The position numbers were made by a program, and so were the translations under genes. Shown one piece after another: positions 31,880 through 33,704 of a stretch of 33,704 nt of DNA. Position 1 is the first letter of the stretch. Every line of letters begins with the position of its first letter. The stretch covers positions 34,634,982-34,668,685 of the forward strand of contig NC_069000.1 of assembly GCF_001194135.2 (NCBI RefSeq), in the 5' to 3' direction. Below the pieces are notes generated by a model, which ran no database searches, was not told the DNA's origin, and saw nothing but the letters and a program-made list of their open reading frames with translations. The stretch comes from Octopus bimaculoides (lineage: Eukaryota).

Positions 31880-32390
31880 GCCATTGATAGTAGTAGAAGA
31901 ACATTATATTACGCGATCACGGGACATGCTAGAAATAGCAGCCAGATCTTCCCCCATAGCATCGCATCGTCTTAAAGATGGGAGATAGTGGTGTTGGTGT
32001 TGGTGTTGATAGAGGTGGACTGGTGCAAGTTACGGATCTATACCATCTCACAGCTCCCAAGTTACATTGGATAGTGTAGTCTTAGATGTAGCAGGCCTGA
32101 AAAACACGGGCTGGCCGAGGTTGGAACGCCACACGTGCTAGAAATAGCAGCCATTGATAGTGGGAGAAGAACATTATATTATGCGGTCACAGGACATGCT
32201 AGATATAGCAGCCAAATCTTCCCGAGTAGCATCGCATCGTCTTAAAGATGGGAGATAATGGTGTTGGTGTTGGTGTTGACAGAGGTGGACTGGTGCAAGT
32301 TACATTGGATAGTGTAGTCTTAGATGTAGCAGGCCTGAAAAACATGGGATGGTCATGGTTGGAACGCCACACATGCTAGAAGTAGCAGCC
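31880..32390. repeat. Tandem duplication of family E-derived sequence (270-bp and 238-bp units)
   Basis: Units start gccattgatagt at 31880 and 32150 and differ by one 32-bp indel plus substitutions. Confidence 0.92.
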
Positions 32391-32530
32391 ACGTTACATC
32401 ATGTCGTTTTCAGGGTGGAAGATAGTTGTGTGTGTGGGGTGGGGGACTTGAAAATAGGGAATGGTCATTGCTGGAACGCTTTTGATCATAGGTTATCCTA
32501 CAAGATGACTGACCTGAGATTGAGCTACAC

Positions 32531-32999
32531 CAGTGGTTCCCAAAGTGGGTGGTACTGCTGTGGAAAGGTGCAGGGGGGAAAGAAAAAGTTCGACGATAAT
32601 CTGGAGGGCAAAAGGGGTCGATGTTTGGGCAATTTTTCAGATTAACACCCGTACGATCTTCACTGGGGTGTTAGGGTTAGGGTTTTAGGGTTACGGTTAG
32701 GGACGGAAATCCCTAACCCGAACCCTAACCCTAACCCTAACACCCTAGTGAAGATCGTGCGGGTGTTAATCTGAAAAATTACCGATGTTTGTAAACCCCC
32801 CCCCCCNNNNNNNNNNNNNNNNNNNNNNNNNNNCCCCCAAAAGTAATGGCTTGATTAGATTGTTTTATTTATAAAATACAGTTGTTTTGAATTTGTGGCA
32901 GAAAGTGGGCTGTTTGTGGTTGTGTGTGTGTGTATGTATATTAGGAATGTGGCCTGCGTGCCAAGGGGCCAGAAGCCTGAAAAAGTTTAGGAATCACTG
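32531..32999. mobile_element. hAT/Charlie-like MITE family 1, interrupted by the Merlin-like MITE
   Basis: cagtggttcccaaagtg ... aaaagtttaggaatcactg. Degenerate TSD agctacac/aactagac, CTAG-centred as in Charlie targets. Confidence 0.8.
32628..32783. mobile_element. Merlin-like palindromic MITE with inverted telomere-like arrays, copy 2
   Basis: 49-bp TIR with 3 mismatches and exact 8-bp TSD gatgtttg (32620-32627 and 32784-32791). Confidence 0.87.
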
Positions 33000-33510
33000 A
33001 ACTAGACAGCGTCAGTGGCGGTGGATTGAGGATCTGTGCGGCAACTTGACCTGACAGCTAGAAATAACAGTCAAATTTCCTCAATAACAGCTTACAGTCT
33101 GAAAATAAAGGAAGAATGCATTCGATAATGTACTCTCACAGTCTTAAAAATGACACGGACAACGAGATCGTAGATATACAAAAAGTGAGGGTGGTCGCGA
33201 CCGGAACGACTTGGATACGAGCCTGTCTCAATCAGGGCTGACTTGGGACTGAATAATAACAGTCCCAAGGACATTGCGTATGGCTTGGCTACTTGGGAAG
33301 GGAAGACAATCGGATTTTGATGAATTGTCATGTAACACACGTATAACCGTGTCTCTCTGATGGCATTGAGAAGGAAAAGGCAGAAATCATTTTGCTATTA
33401 AGACATTTAACGTATCTTGAAGCTTAATTCACAGATTATGGGTTTATATAGATTCATACGGCAGAGTGACGCAACGGAAGTGCGCTGGACCCATAATATT
33501 AATATACATG

Positions 33511-33614
33511 AGAGGCAACAGAGTGACTCGAGGGCCGAGAGTTCCGAGTGCCGGCACTGTTTAATTAGTGCCAACGAACGAAACTCTCGGCCCGCGAGTC
33601 ACTTTGCCGCCTCT
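33511..33614. repeat. GC-rich hairpin with a 33-bp stem, unclassified
   Basis: agaggcaacagagtgactcgagggccgagagtt versus aactctcggcccgcgagtcactttgccgcctct, 4 differences. Inner ggcact/agtgcc stem. Confidence 0.85.
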
Positions 33615-33671
33615 GCTAAATGTTAAGAAAAATCCGTATTTTGAGTTCTATTTTTACAGTCAGCATCAACG

Positions 33672-33704
<33 letters not shown>

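Overview
AT-rich, repeat-dense eukaryotic DNA that looks intronic or intergenic. The SINE families and the (TA)n/(CA)n-flanked gaps resemble the Octopus (O. bimaculoides-type) genome; this species call is from recall, not a search. About 4.9 kb is N gap (1460-2326, 5640-5921, 7830-8476, 15633-16330, 18266-18786, 20022-20954, 21861-21870, 22222-23112, 32807-32833). No intact protein-coding gene can be identified. The supported content is: more than 25 copies or fragments of at least four tRNA-head SINE-like families, a decayed D34D mariner with both TIRs, a CR1/L2-group LINE remnant, an RTE (Rex3/Expander-like) LINE 3' end, two hAT-like MITE families, and two copies of a palindromic MITE with 8-bp TSDs and GGTAA termini (Merlin-like) whose interior is made of inverted telomere-like (TTAGGG)n/(CCCTAA)n arrays. 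Several long foldback structures and weak + strand exon candidates are also present. I found no evidence of a new multi-gene system. The most unusual items are the telomere-repeat-bearing MITEs, two unexplained long hairpins, SINE module swapping, and an inverted duplication at an apparent LINE deletion junction.
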